The translations under genes and the position numbers were made by a program. A stretch of 64,000 nucleotides of DNA from Eledone cirrhosa (lineage: Eukaryota). This document shows, in pieces, positions 25,784 to 40,868 of the stretch (position 1 is its first letter; the number at the start of each line of letters is the position of its first letter). Location: the NCBI GenBank assembly GCA_964016885.1, contig OZ024743.1:292764001-292828000 (forward strand). Reading direction: 5' to 3'. The notes beneath the pieces are model-generated. The model saw only the letters and a program-made list of their open reading frames with translations, was not told the origin of the DNA and made no database searches.

Positions 25784-27586
25784 ATGGTGGCAGTTGTAAT
25801 AATGGTGATGGTGGTGGTTGTGGTGGTTTTGGTGCTGTTGCTGTTACTGTGACGTGCTAGTGGAGGTGACTATATTGATGATAATGATGATGGTGATGTT
25901 GGTGAGGGTGGCGGCGGGGGTGTTGATGGTGGCGGTGTTGCTGTTGCTGGTGGTGGTGGTAGTGGGTGTTGCTGCTGGATGTGCGAGTGCTGTTTTTGCT
26001 CAGCGATTGCGCAGCCCTGTTAGAAATTATACTGATCTTTTCTCCAGCCATGCTTTAATTTGTCTAGTGTATCTGAAACGACACTGTCCAATATGTTATT
26101 CCACGCTATTTCAGTAGATCCTTGCATGTCCTTGGTGGATTGGTAGTATCTATAGAGTGTCTGACAAAATGCTTTGCTGTATTTAATTACAACTTACCCC
26201 CGCTGAGGTCAATTTTGTTTTTCGTCCTTTCAGAGTCGATACAATAAAGCACTATTTAAGTACTGAGATCAATATAATTAACTTTCCCTTCCACCTAATT
26301 GTTGGTCTTGTACCAATGATAGAAAGAATTATTTCTAGCATGTAATGGTAGTAGATTGGCAAAATAGTTAAAGCGTCGGACAAACGCTTTGCTGTATTTT
26401 TCCCGGATCATTATGGTTTGAGTGCAAATCTTGCCTTGGGATCAATTTCCCTTACTTAAATAATTGCGCCCTTGTGCCTAAACTTTGAAACCATTGTGTA
26501 TTATATGTATTTCATACAGCATTTCATAACATTGTCATGTAAATATTGTTGATATTTTTGTTGATGAACTTCAGCTGAGCTAATTAATGAGCATATCTAT
26601 GATCAGAGACATTCAAGCCCTGATCATATCGTCTTTCTTGTGGCTGTGACCACAATTCCCAATGTATCATTACAGTTTTAAGACAAAATGGTATAATTTA
26701 AGAGAATTTTAATGTTATGCCTAGCAGTTTCAATGACGTCTAGTGGCCAACGTTTGCTCTATCCTTTTAAATACAACCTAATCACACTCTGTCTCACTGA
26801 ATCCCCATGAGAATTACATTAAAGGTACATACATGTGCTTGTGGAATACTTAGCCATTTTCAAGTTAATTTAACAAGCCGGCTGTTCCATCGCTCGAACC
26901 ACTGAAACACGCATTTTCGAAGCCGATAGATGTCCATTCCATTTCATTCGTATAAGGATTTTCTGTCTTTTGTTAATGTTCAATCTTTTTGAATTTCCCT
27001 TGTGTCTTCAGTTAAATTATATATATGCTTTATACTGCATCGAAACACTATCAAAAAGTGATATGAGATTTATTGAGTGTTTTTGAAAGTAGTGTCTCCA
27101 TAAGCGGCGATGATATGACAAAGTTTAAAACTGAAAACTGTAAGTAGTCTGCTTTACATCTATGACATATAATTGTTACCTACAGGAGCACTGAAGCAAT
27201 AGACACAGTAAAGAGTACGCCAATAAAGTTAAATACAAAAGCACGACAACTATTTTCTTTTTATACATATATATTTAACGAAGTCTGGGGAGGTAACCTT
27301 TCCATAGACAAGCTGTAGGGAAAGAAACGGAAGACACTTGTATACTTGATAATGACATTTTAACAGTTTTCAGTATTTTTTTTGTATTTATTAATTCTTG
27401 TAAGCGTCACTCGCTACACATCTTTGCCTGCGAGTAAAATTTGGTAGACAGAAACTGTACAAAGCTCATCATATATATAGACGTATGTATGTGTGTGTGT
27501 GTGCGTATGTGTAGATATATGGGGGGCGTGCGTATGTATGTATATATATATATATAAAAATAAATATATATATATATATATGTATA

Positions 27587-27636
<50 letters not shown>

Positions 27637-27742
27637 CATATATACATGCATATATATATATATGCATATATATATGCATATATATGTGCATATGTATGTG
27701 CATATATATGCATATATATATGCATATATATGTGCATATATA

Positions 27743-27801
<59 letters not shown>

Positions 27802-28028
27802 ATATATAATATATTTTGAGTATATGTTGGTTGTTTACCGACACCTCAGTATGCAGATTGGAGCAGGTTGGTTTGTTTACTCCGGAGTAATGTAAAATAA
27901 TTAAGTCAAATAGGTAAAATTTGGCTTCGTTTATTATAAATTTTATGTATATATATATATATATAAATTATATATATATGCATATATATATGCATATATA
28001 TATACATATATGCATATATATGCGTATA

Positions 28029-28222
28029 TAACAAAGGAATTGTGGTAAGGAACCAGATGGACCATAACGCACCAGAGTACTCAATATTTGGGTAGTAGAG
28101 TGGGAAATAGGAAAAAGTATGACCCCGACGGCAGAGCTCATGTCGTTTCGACGGCTATTTCTAGTCCAGAAATAGCCGTCGAAACGGCTTGAGCTCTGCC
28201 GTCGGAGTCATACTTTTCCTAT
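28029..28222. mobile_element. Family E fold-back, second independent copy
   Basis: Arms ~28107-28162 and ~28168-28223; same layout as 19717-19912 but diverged in sequence. Confidence 0.8.
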
Positions 28223-28241
28223 ATGCATATATATATATATG

Positions 28242-28284
<43 letters not shown>

Positions 28285-28633
28285 AATTACCGAGAATCGT
28301 ATTTCGGCTTTGGAATTAGCGAAAAACAACTTCCAAGATGTGTGGCAAACGCTCAATAATTCTGATGAACCAGAGCTACAACATACGTTAAAGGCCAAAC
28401 ACACTGAGACGTAATCCGCACAGCCATAGAAACGACTATTAATTAGGGTTAAAAAAATAAAAAAATATGTGATTGAAAAAATTTATCCGGACCCCTGGAT
28501 GGTTGGTAAAATCCAGCATTTGGGTTTCTGCGACTCCTAAATCAAGTACTGTCCGCTTAGACAAATAATGTTAGGTTTCTGGTAAGATGATTGAACAAGG
28601 AAGTCACTTTCTCAACAGGTTATATATATACAT

Positions 28634-28705
<72 letters not shown>

Positions 28706-28741
28706 TACATATACATATATATATGCATAAATATATATATG

Positions 28742-28772
<31 letters not shown>

Positions 28773-28817
28773 ACAATTATATTAAATAAATGGAAACTAT
28801 ATTTTTAAAACCATATT

Positions 28818-28878
28818 TATTCTATTATATATATTTCAAGTGTACCAAAACTTTGGTACGCTTTCATCAGATAAAATA
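28818..28878 (-). ncRNA. Family A hammerhead in a PLE 3' end (28780-29352)
   Basis: TATTTTAT-CTGATGA-AAGCGTACCAAAGTTTTGGTACACTT-GAAA-TATATA-TA-ATAGAATA. Confidence 0.85.
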
Positions 28879-29352
28879 CGAAGTGTGTTTTTTAAATGTT
28901 GACATAACCAAGGAAAATACCTTAACGGTTGAACTTTTCCTTGGATACTGAAGGGATAAGAGAAGAAAAGTCAGATATTTCAAATTATTAAGATAAGTAT
29001 GCAAATGAGGTTTAGGTAAAGGGCTGAAAAAACGTTATTCTAGAGGCTATGGAGAATTAAAATAATTCTGATATGTGTTTGTATGCGTAGGAAATAAGAA
29101 AAAGGAAGAATAGCTAGTATTTACGTTAATTTGGTGGGAAAAGTGGAATATGATTCCAGAGTTTCAATTTAAATTTATTTACCTCTATTATGAGTTATAT
29201 TATTGTATAATATATATATATAATCAATTAGATTATTTAAAGAATTATGGTTGTAAGTATTTTTATCTTATGACATTACAATAGGTTATATGTATATAAA
29301 TATCTATATAGATTAATAATTGCGTATGTATTAGTATTATAGAAATAGAAAT

Positions 29353-29633
29353 TGTTGTATTCCTCTCGGTACTCGCAGAGAAAACACAACGAGCTATATC
29401 AAATAATTTGTGTATTGTACGAAACAACCAAAATGCCCCTCCTCACAGTAGCAGAATAACATAAAGTAAGTGACAGCAGCAGTCTGTGACCGAGTTTCTA
29501 ATACCAACGCTGACTGACTGCCCAGGTCACGTGATTCATATGCAAATGTGTGAGCACGTGTAAATTGAATAAAACGAATTTAACGGTCCATACAACAATG
29601 AGGTTGTGAGTTCGATTCCCACTCCATACAACA
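29353..29633 (-). repeat. 3' LTR of the Gypsy element, with polypurine tract at 29634-29640
   Basis: TGTTGTA...TACAACA inverted termini; GGGGAGG immediately upstream on the minus strand. Confidence 0.85.
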
Positions 29634-32600
29634 CCTCCCCACAGGAATTGATGCGACAAAAGAAGCATCAACAGCAAAGTCTCTCTGGGGGTTTACGAGT
29701 TCTCTTGGACCGTCTTCGATTGTCTGGTCCATACTCTGGAACGGGCAACAAGGTATTGGGTCTGGTCTGTCTTGGAGTTAGTGGCACAATTTCCGAGATC
29801 TCCATCGGGTGATCTGTTGCAAATTCAAAAACAGTGTCTACTGCATCACCAGGTTCATTGTCTTACTCAGTAGTGTACCGTGGTTGCAGCTGTTCCCAGT
29901 GTCGTCTCCACACCGGAGCATGAAGCATGACCTTAACGTTGAAGCAGCGAGTACCCAATGACTTCTTAATGATTGCTGGTACCCATCGGGGATCTTTGTC
30001 TCGGCGAGGTCCGTAGTACAGTGCATACACAGGATCTCCAGCCTTGTACTGCCTGGTAACCTTAGCGACACCTGCCGAGTCCGGAGTCATCTGAGACTTA
30101 TATGCTCCCTTAGACTGCTTGCCTTGAGCGATGTGTGCTGGCGAGGGCAGCAGAGAATCAATCCTTGTCCGTATCTGCCGGTGATTCAAAAGTTCACTCG
30201 GAGAGAATCCACTGGATGTCGGTGTTCTCCGGTACTGCATCAAGAACTCTTGAAGTGCTCGCTTCGGCGGAAGAGAAGTCTTCCTCAGAGCTTGTTTGAA
30301 GGTCTGCATCAAACATTCCGCTGCTCCGTTAGTAGCTGGGTGGTAAGGTGCCCCTGTGAGGTGCGTGATCCCACATTCTTTGCACCAGCTCTGGAACTCC
30401 TCAGAAATAAATGTTGGTGCGTTATCGGTGACTAGCGTGTGAGGAAATCCGATGTGCGCAAAGTCTTCTTCAAGCAGATCTAAAGTGGCTCTGGAGGACG
30501 TGGATGACGTAGGATGAATGCATGGATACTTGGAATAAGCATCCGTGATCACCAACCAATTACTGCCCATGAAATGTATTGCGTGGTCCAGGTGTAAGCG
30601 GCTCCACGGCTTTTCAGGTAACATCCATGGGTGAACTGGAGACTTGGATGGCTGGTTTTGATGTTCACCACACGAATCACATTGTCGATTGGTTTTCTCT
30701 ATAGCAGCATCGATACCAGGCCAATAAACAGCAGTTCTTGCCAATTGTTTCATGCGCTCCGTGCCAAAGTGTCCGAGATGCAGAAGATTGAGGATCTTTG
30801 GCTGTAAGCTATGTGGAATCATAACTCTCGATCCATGGATAAGGCATCCGTGGCAGATACTGAGTGAATGCGATAACTTCCGAACTTATTGACTTCGTCA
30901 TTGATCTCAGTATTCTTTGGTGGCCAGCCTTCACGGACGTAGCGTATCACTGTAGATATCACTGGATCTTTCCCTGACTCTTGACGGAGGACGTTAGCAT
31001 CGATAGGTTGGACTTGAAGACTGAGAGCTTTGATGGCGCACGCCATGTCCATGTCTTCACCATTTTCCTTCGTGTCAAAGTCGATGGCAAGCGACTGAGG
31101 GCATCTGCATTGCCATGATCCACTGTTTTCCGATATTCGATGGTGTAGTCAAACTGGTTCAGCCTCAGGGCCCACCGTGCTAGTCGGTTAGCAGCGAGAA
31201 GTGGCGTCCCTTTCCTCGGACTGAACAGTGATGTCAGTGGCTTGTGGTCAGTTACGAGTATAAACTGATGTCCGTACAGATACTGATAGAACTTCTGCAA
31301 GCCAAATATGATGGCCAGGGCTTCCTTTTGAATTTGGCCGTAGTTACGCTGTCTTGGACACATTGGATATTGGGCGCTCGCTTCCATCGGGATAGCGATG
31401 AAACAGGACTGCTCCAATACCAACGTTTGACGCGTCGCAAGCCAGTCCCAAAGTTTTGTTTGGATCGAAGTGTATCAGAACTCGATCCGATGAAAGCACA
31501 TTTTTCGACTGATCGAAAGCTGACTGTTCTTCATCTCCCCACTTCCAAGTAGTCGTTTTTTTCGTAAGGCAATAGAGTGGCTCTGCCATGCTGGCCAGGT
31601 TTGGGATAAACTTTCCATAGAACTGAACTGAACCCAGGAAAGACTTCAAGCTTGAGACGTTAGTTGGAGGTGGCATCCTTAAAACTGCTTCGACCTTGGA
31701 TCCCTTCGCGATCCCTTCAGCCGACAAGGTGTGTCCAAGGTATTCCACACTGGGTAGTGCAAACTGGCACTTGTCACGGCGACATCTGAATCCTTTGTCG
31801 CACAGACGTGTGAGCAGACACTTTAGGTTGTTCAGGTGATCGTTTGCATCTTTCCCACTGACGAGCATGTCGTCCTGGAAGACGGCCACACCAGGTAGAT
31901 CTTGAGTCAGGTTTTCCATGATCTCCTGAAAGTAACCAGGTGCTGACTTGATTCCGAAAGGAAGTCGTTCCTGCAGGAGCACCCCACGGCGAGTGCTGAG
32001 TGCAAGCCTGCGTTGACTTTCTGGAGCCAGCTTGATCTGATTATAGGCATCAGCAAGATCAATCTTTGTGTATCCGAATCCACCTCCGAGCTTCTGCATC
32101 AGTACCTCTGGGAGTGGCATTGGATGACGATGATCTGCAAGTTGGTCATTAATTCCCACAGAGTAATCACCACAAATCCGTAGTTTGGGCTTCAGGTTGC
32201 CTGAAGTATGTGCTTTACGAATCGGTACCACTGGCGTTCCGTATTCGTTGAACTGTACTGGCTTCCAGATTCCTTTGGCGATGCCTTCTTCGTAACATTT
32301 GGCCAGGTCATCACGAATAGCAAACGGGACCGGGCGTGCCTTGTGCAAGACCGGTGTCGCGTACGACTTGAAATTCACTTCCAGTTCGAAGTCATTAAGA
32401 CATCCCAATTCTTGCTTGAAGAGATCTGGGAATTCATCACACATGTTGTGACAATCTCGTTGCATGGAAATATAGGGCTCATTTGAGGTCTTTGGATGCA
32501 TCACTTCTGCACCCTAACTCTTGGCCTGGCTGTCTATGCTTTTCAATCCTAGAGCATTGTCCACGGAAATTCCCAGAGTCTGGATAGCGTTTCGTCCCAG

Positions 32601-33842
32601 CAAATTAAGATCAGGGATCTTGCTGACGATGTAGGGTATTGAATTCCGTTTACCGGTCGTTGGATCCTTGGTTTGGCCCATGAAAGTTCCCAGAACGGGC
32701 AGGTCGTGCTTGCTGGCAGATTCAAACCGATGTTTGACATCTTGCAGCTTCGGTTTTCCTAATTGTTTCCAAACTGACAAGGAAACAAAATTGCCTGTAG
32801 TAGCTGTGTGCAATTCCATTGTGAAAAGTCTGTTCTGGATTGTTATTGGCACATTCAAACTATGAGTATCGTGGGGAACTTCACCAAGGATCGCCTTGAC
32901 TAGCTCAACTTTCGTGATTCTTTTCACGTAATTCTGTGAGCGACGATTACGTTGCTGATGTTGTTTCTTTCTACACACCGCTTGCAAATGTCCCTTTTTG
33001 TCACAAAAATGACATTTGGCTTATTTGAAGGGGCAGTCTGTCGCTTTGTGGGCCTTTCCACATCGGTAGCACATCTCCTGGTCTGTGGAATAAGACTGCT
33101 GATGGTTCTTTCGAGGACCCTTGTTCTTGTTCTGCTGGACCTTGTAGACTTGCTTGGTTTGGGAACCGTAAACAGTTTCCTTGGCAACCTTTGCTGCGTC
33201 TTCGGTCCCGATGGCAACTTGGACAGCACGGCCGAAATCTAGTTCTGTATCCTTGATCTTGAACATAGCCTTCAACAGAGCTTCATTATTGACAGAACAT
33301 ATAAATCTCTGTCTTAGAGCTTCATCTTGTGGATTTGTGATCGAAGGAAAATCACAGGTAGCTGCATCCTGACGTATACGTGCTGCCAGCTCCTGGAGAG
33401 TTTCGCCTGGCTTCCGTTCCATGTCACTCCAGAACTTGAAACGTTCTCTCACAATGAAAAGTTTTGGGTCGAACTGTTCTTTCATGAAGTCAACAATTTC
33501 GTCCATTGTCAACTTGTTGATATCCTTAGGCGAATTTTATTGAGCAGCCAGATTTGCAAGTTGTTTGTAGATAGCAGCCGTCTGATTAGTCAGGAACACT
33601 TGTGCCATGCGTTGCTCGGGTACAGCGTTAGCAGCCACAAACGTGCAGAATCTTGACCAGTAATCAGGCCATAGTTCTGTTGTTGAATCAAAAGCAGCAA
33701 ATGGTGGGATGAATGCTGTTGGTGTCAAAGTAACTGGCGACGCCAATAAACTCTGTTGTTCAGAATCTCGAGCACCAAACAGTTTTATCAGAGTGTCCAT
33801 ATCTTTCTTGTGTTGTTGCATTTTCAGAATGTCATTCAAAGA
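29353..33842 (-). mobile_element. Ty3/Gypsy LTR retrotransposon, frameshifted, 5' LTR missing
   Basis: gag with CYRCGKAHKATDC knuckle; protease (ELHTATT, LLGRN); RT (KIDLADAYNQ, RLPFG, FQDD); RNase H (LACDAS, LVTDHKPL); integrase (LHLGHFG..C..C, LHLD, VTDN, NGAAE); order PR-RT-RH-IN. Confidence 0.95.
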
Positions 33843-33844
33843 TA

Positions 33845-36230
33845 ATCAATCTACATCTAAAAAAATATATTTAAAGGGGTGTCATTAGAAAAATAATGTC
33901 AGAATTAAATATAATGTCAGAATTAAAATAATGTCGGAATTAAAAATATTAATATATATATTAAAAAAATTAGAAATATTAGAGATATTAAAAAAAATTA
34001 GAAATATTAAAAATATTAAAAATATTAAAAATATTAAAAATATTAAAAATATTAAAAAATTTACATTTAAATTTTTAAAGAAGATATGATCATTTTGAAG
34101 GTGTATAGGAATATTATAAATTAAAAATAGTTCTGAACGTGGATATTTTGGCGATGTCTACAAGAAGAAAATAATTCTGTTCTAAGATTAATAGAGTTTT
34201 GACAGACGTTAAAACAACAACAATGATGATGATGATGATGATGAATGAATGAATGAATGAGTGTGTTTGTGTGTAGAATACTTATTGTATGAAATCATTG
34301 TAGAATCTGCAATATAAAAAATTTCTCCTCTACACAATTTACAGAATCTTGACAAGCCATATTACGGTATGCAGGTGCTTTTGAAATCGTTCTCCAAGAT
34401 ACTGAATAGTCTATATTGTTGTCTTTTAAGTTCCAAATTAGATGTGAAAGTGGAGTAGTAGAGATTTTTTTATCAGATCTCCTAAATGTGTGTTTATGCG
34501 TTCTTTAAATGTTGTTGAAATAGCACCAACATAGTTAAACATTTTGTCTCTAGTATTAACTGTGCATTTATAAACTACGTTTTTGTCTAAACAATTATTT
34601 TGTAAAGGGCAGTTTGATTTGATTCTACAGTTACATTTACTGGAGTTATTGTTATTCGGAACGGTACTATTATTCTGAATATTGTTGTTAGAAATATTAT
34701 TATTACTATTTTGGTTAGTTTGATTAGGGTTTAAATTTAAGTTTCTATTATTAATTCTATTTCTATTTTCTGCTATGTTCATAGTAGTAGAGTAGGATAG
34801 TTTTATAGTGTGTCTGTTAAAAATAGAGTGTTATCTGTGGGCTTTAGGAAAACATTTATCTAGTGCTTTGAAGAATAGCTTTGCTAAAGATGTTTTAACG
34901 CTTAATGAGAATGGGGGAGTGTACCAAATAATATTTCTAGTTCTAGTTTTTTTGTTTGGTTTAGTGTTTAAGTTAAATTGTTTATTATTATTATAATTAT
35001 TACTAGGATGATTTGTCATGTTATTGTTATCTATGTATTTAATTTTATTCGAGTATCCTCTCTATGTAAAGCTTCATTTTAATATTCAGCCTTATCATCA
35101 AAAATATTTTTATTAGCAGAGATGAGTGAAATCCGTTGTTGGACGCTATTGACAATAGTGTTTTTAATAATTCGAGGATGATTAGAATTGAAACTTACAT
35201 AATTTAGATTTTCGTTAATTTTATGGAAAGGATAGTAAAGACCTTTGCTAAGGTTTAAGGTTATATCTAAGAAGTTAACGATTTTGTAGTTATTCTCTAT
35301 TTTTAACTTAAGGTTGTAGTTGTTGAAAATTGTATTATGGATTTCCTTTTCCTATTAATTTCACTATTGCTAAGGTTTTCAATTAAAAGCAACATATCGT
35401 CACGATATAAACCTCCGGTCATCTCTTGCATTTTCCTATGCAGTACATTATTAATAAATAATCCAACGAGGTCCGTTACTTGCGCCGAGTCAGATGATCC
35501 CATAGTGATATAAAAATTGTTTTTTTCTGTAGGCTTTTGTCCAGAGATGATTAATAAATTCTATTAGTGTTTTACGTGCTGTTCGAATTATATTCATTTC
35601 ATCACTAGATAGGTCTGTATGTTTAGACGTGTAGATAAGTGCCTTATTAAGTAAACTAGGGGTAATAGAGGAGTAGTAATTTGCAATATCCATTTGAATG
35701 AATTTTTTGTTATGTTATTGAACCAATCTATAACTTCATTAGTACCGTTCCATAGTTTAAGGTGTGATTTTTCTTTAAGTAGTGGTATAATTATATCTAA
35801 TATATGTTTGCTAATTATGCCTGAGTCCGATTTAGATGGTGCGATGAGTTTGACTGGTAGTTCAATTTCAAAATTTCTTTTGTGGTCCTTCAGGTTAATT
35901 TTTGGTTTTCTAGGTATAAAGGGTTCAGTCCGATTTTGGGTGCCTAATTTATAAATAATTTCAGAAGCTTCTCTATTTAACGTTGAAAGATCTTCACTTG
36001 AAGTTATTTTGTATTTTTTTCTGAGTTCTTTCAATATAAGGTTATTATATTCGTCCTTTTCCATAACATATAAATTATTTGTTTTATCAGATTTTACGAG
36101 GATCCTCTTAGTTTTTTCTAGATTGTCTATTTTATTCTTGAGGTCTTTAAGGTACTCCTGGCCTATAAATTGTTTTTTTTTATTTAATGTTTTGTATAAT
36201 AGATGTTACTTCATTTTCAAATTCGGCTAG
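33845..36230 (-). mobile_element. Decayed Penelope-like element (probably Hydra clade)
   Basis: LKDHK..VKLIAPSKSD, MDIANYYSSIT, MGSSDSAQVTDLVGL, GLYRDD, IIWYTPPFS, CNCRIKSNCPLQNNCLDKNVVYKC..YVG; many frameshifts. Confidence 0.9.
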
Positions 36231-36872
36231 TAGTTTGTTTGAATTATCCAATATTTAAGTAGTGTTTTAATATTCAATGTTGTTTCTTTTAGGATATAAT
36301 GTATTTGGAATGGAATGGGCTGAGAGAAAACATGAAGCTGAATGGAAGGGGGAAGGGAAGAAGACTATCTATATGTAAGCGTGCATGTGGGATGATAACT
36401 TATATTTGGGAAGGTAAAGGACAGTGGAAAACACTGTATGAGGTAGGGTGAGAAGTGCATATTTTTGTACAGGAATGTGGGTTAGTGTAGTCAAAAGAGT
36501 AAAGGTGAGAAGAATGCCCTTGATTTATTACGATCAGGGTTATGGGATTGCCTTCTATTTGGAAGTGTGAAGTTCAAGAGAATAGCCTCTATTTGGAGGA
36601 ATGTATATGGGGAGAATACCCGATATATGAAAGTGTGAGGGTGAACAGAATAAACTGCATATAGGGGTAGGTATAACGTAGTAAGGTTTGTAATCTATAG
36701 CTCTAATAAAGCGAAGGCTATATCAGTTAAACCTGTGATGACGTCATTAGTAACAATTTCTGGCAATATAACAAGCGGTGGAAGCAAGAGCCAGGTGCGC
36801 AGATGGGAGTGGATACTTTAAAGATCATCAGTTTATATATATATATCTTTCATAACGGATTAAAGTTGATTT

Positions 36873-36950
<78 letters not shown>

Positions 36951-37051
36951 GTACCCGCAGGCATATATATATATATAAACGAATCAGTTTGCGTGAGAAA
37001 CATTGGTGAAATAGAAATATTGAAATTTACATGTCATAACATAAATAACCA

Positions 37052-37226
37052 TAATAATTGTTTCTACTTTTGGCACAAGGCCAGGAATTATCCCAATGCA
37101 TTACTGGTGCTTTATTTTATCGACCCCATAAGTAGGAAAGGCAAAGTTAACGACGGGATTTGAACTAAGACCGTAAAGGGCCGTAAGGCTTCCGACCCTC
37201 TACCGATACTGCCAATCCACCGACCA
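37052..37226 (-). mobile_element. SINE family 1 with an internal deletion
   Basis: Matches the other copies. Confidence 0.8.
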
Positions 37227-37852
37227 TAATAATAGCCGATTACTATAAATATTTCACGAAATCGTGTGTGCGTGTGTGAGTGTGTGTGTGTGCGTGTGAG
37301 TGTTGAACCAAATGAGTAGCTCTCATCACACTCGTTAGCACATGAAACAGTTCAACGATAATAGGGCGTTTAAACCCCCAGATAGGAAAAACATGAGCTC
37401 TAGCACTTGCAGGAATCTAACCCACACCTCCTATGCTCGCAGAATCAACAGAGTATAAGAAAAGTGTTTGAAGATATTTGTTGTAGCGTTCTAAATTCAA
37501 ATCATCCTTAAATCAAATTTGCTGTACATCCATTGCGTTGGTAAAATAAAAGTAGCAATCTAGGGTAGTGAAAAAGTAGAATTAATATAGTATGGAATGA
37601 AATGTCTTCTGATATTTGTTCCGGCATTCTGCGTTTTTAGCTCAAATCTCATTCCCTTTCGCGGTACAGGGACACTGTAAGACCTTTCTGAGAGAGATGA
37701 CTAAGTTTCTGGGTCTAGCAAGTTCCTCTCCGCGGCGCAACTATTGGGCAAGGTTTCTTTTTGCGGGGAGGCCAGTAATCACACACACAGCAATACCACT
37801 TTCTCTACGTCATACAAGGAAAAATAGTTACATCTTGGCACTAAAAGTCAGG

Positions 37853-37958
37853 CGTAAAAAAATAAGAATGAAAATAAATTGTAATATGTGGCATCTTGGG
37901 AGAGTGTCTGCTATAATAGTTTCGAATTGTCCAATGCCTTGTGAATGAAATTTGGGGA

Positions 37959-38024
<66 letters not shown>

Positions 38025-38316
38025 AAAAGAAATGAACCATCTTCAGAGTGGAACATGGAAACTAATTTTCCACTGGGTTTCCTTTGCTGATATTATCTGC
38101 CAATCGCAAATTGTGGCGCAAGGAGGTGGAGTTTTAACTCAGAACGCACTGAGTGGAATCAGCCTGTCCGACTCTTTAGTTATTCTGCCAAACCACTGCC
38201 CATGAACTGGAACTTTGTTTGTCGACACAAAATGGAAAAAAAGTCAAAGTTAACTTGGGCGGGATTTGGACACGGAGCACAGACAGTCGGACCAAATATA
38301 TGTATGTATATATGTA

Positions 38317-38375
<59 letters not shown>

Positions 38376-38646
38376 AAAAAGGCAGGCTGTGGGGTTATGG
38401 TAAACAAAGTGTAAGATGGTAACAGGGACGTAAACAAGAGAAGAAAAGTAGCCATTCATCAACTGTTTATTGCGGATCATAGATGATTCAGCGCTTAAAA
38501 CATCGATCGGCAGCGCGTCCGAGGCCTTATGCGACGGGAGTGTGCAGTTTCTGCTCCCCAAATTTCATTCACAATTAGAAACTATTATAGAAGACACTTT
38601 CCCAAAATGCCACGCATTATAGTTTATTTTCATTGTTATTTTTTAC

Positions 38647-38648
<2 letters not shown>
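37853..38648. repeat. Diverged inverted repeat, ~37853-37941 versus ~38552-38648, interrupted by (TA)n and SINE-like sequence
   Basis: GTGAATGAAATTTGGGGAGCA / TGCTCCCCAAATTTCATTCAC and adjacent sequence. Confidence 0.75.
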
Positions 38649-38995
<347 letters not shown>

Positions 38996-39526
38996 GTGTG
39001 AATCGGTGTATGTGTGTGTGTGCGTGTAAGAGCCTTTCTGTGTGTTTCCGTTTGTGTTTATGCCTGGTAAATTAACGGTTCGACAAAATAAGTTTGATAA
39101 AATAAGCACGAGATTTGGAAAAATAAATACTGAGTTTGATATGATGGATAAAAAAGGCTTTAAGGTGGTGCCCTATATAGGCTGCAGTGTAATACCTGAA
39201 ACCAGCAACAGAATAAAATGCAACAAAGAGAGATATAACTGAAATTTAGGATAGACCAGAATAGATGATAGAATGTAAGAGAAGGAAAACCAAGCGAATG
39301 GAGGCTTCAATGTAGCAGTTTGACAGAACATTTCCTATCTCATAGATGAGAGATTTCAGTGGGAAGTTCTCATGCCAGGCGTAATCAAATGCTTTGCATA
39401 TTTCAAGGATTGCATAATTTTATCTATATATATAATCAGATTCATTAAGTGAGCAACATTTCGTATATTAATTTATATTCGTCACAAATATGTGTGTGCA
39501 TGTGTGTGTGAGCGCGCGCGCGAGTT

Positions 39527-39568
<42 letters not shown>

Positions 39569-39911
39569 CTCTTATGAATATGATTATATTTACATATCTC
39601 TATTATCAAGTTAAAGTCGTTTATTTGGCATATATTCTATATGTCAGTTCTATTTATATTAATCGACGTATATTGAATAAAATATGCGTGTGAGCATATA
39701 AATGCATTGATATATATATATATATATATATATAGCAGTATCTTCTTTACAAAATGACCGATAGATTTCGGAATAAACAAAGATGTTGGTGTGTCACCTG
39801 TTAATTAATTTACCTGTCCTAATATTTTGCGACTAAATTCCTTCGACAGAAGACTTATAGTAAGAAACTATTTTGAAGTTCATAATATTGGTGTTGTTAC
39901 TGGCTAGACAT

Positions 39912-39973
<62 letters not shown>

Positions 39974-40215
39974 GATGATATTAAATAAATGGAAACTATA
40001 TTTAAAATATATATACTTCAAGGGTACCAAGGCACACTGATAAAATACAAGTTTGTTTTATAAATAGAGACATACCCATGAAAATCATACCTTATCGGTT
40101 GGAAATTCACTGGATAGTCAGTAAACTGTTTACTCCAGTAAGTTGTTGAGTGCTCTAAATCAGTTATAAAAAACTACATTTGTTGGACTTCCAACAAATT
40201 AAATACCCCTTCTGC

Positions 40216-40562
40216 TTATATATATATATATTTATATATATATATATAAAACAGGGAATGTCTGTCTGTCTGCCTGACTCCCTAAAGCTCGAGAATCACC
40301 CAACCAATTGTTTTCAAACTTTACACATGTAATACTTATGGTCCTGTGAGTGTTTTAAGTAAAACAATATTTCAAATTTTGAATGCTCTAGGGACCGCAT
40401 TAGGTGATTTAGCGATCTCTCTATAATTCTTAGTCTGTCTTTTTAGATTACATAGCTACGACGTCACGCCCTTATAATATCTGTCTGTATGTCTGGATGT
40501 CTGCATTACGACATTATGACGCTATCTGTGTGTGTATGTGTTTATGTGTGTGTGTGTGTATA

Positions 40563-40660
<98 letters not shown>

Positions 40661-40783
40661 TGTGTAACGTTTTTCGAAATATTTACTTCTGCGTTCACAG
40701 ATTGATTTTTTTAGTTTCAGAAGATCCCGTTAAGGGTGAAAGCAGCGATTCTTCGCTTAAACTTTAATCTGTTATTTTAATAG

Positions 40784-40868
<85 letters not shown>

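Noticed and set aside
28355-28420. CTGATGA at 28362 as an HHR
   Set aside because: No GAAA and no convincing stems; at best heavily decayed
33880-34060. Short tandem repeats as a CRISPR-like array
   Set aside because: AT-rich 9-19-bp tandem units without unique spacers, in a eukaryotic PLE UTR
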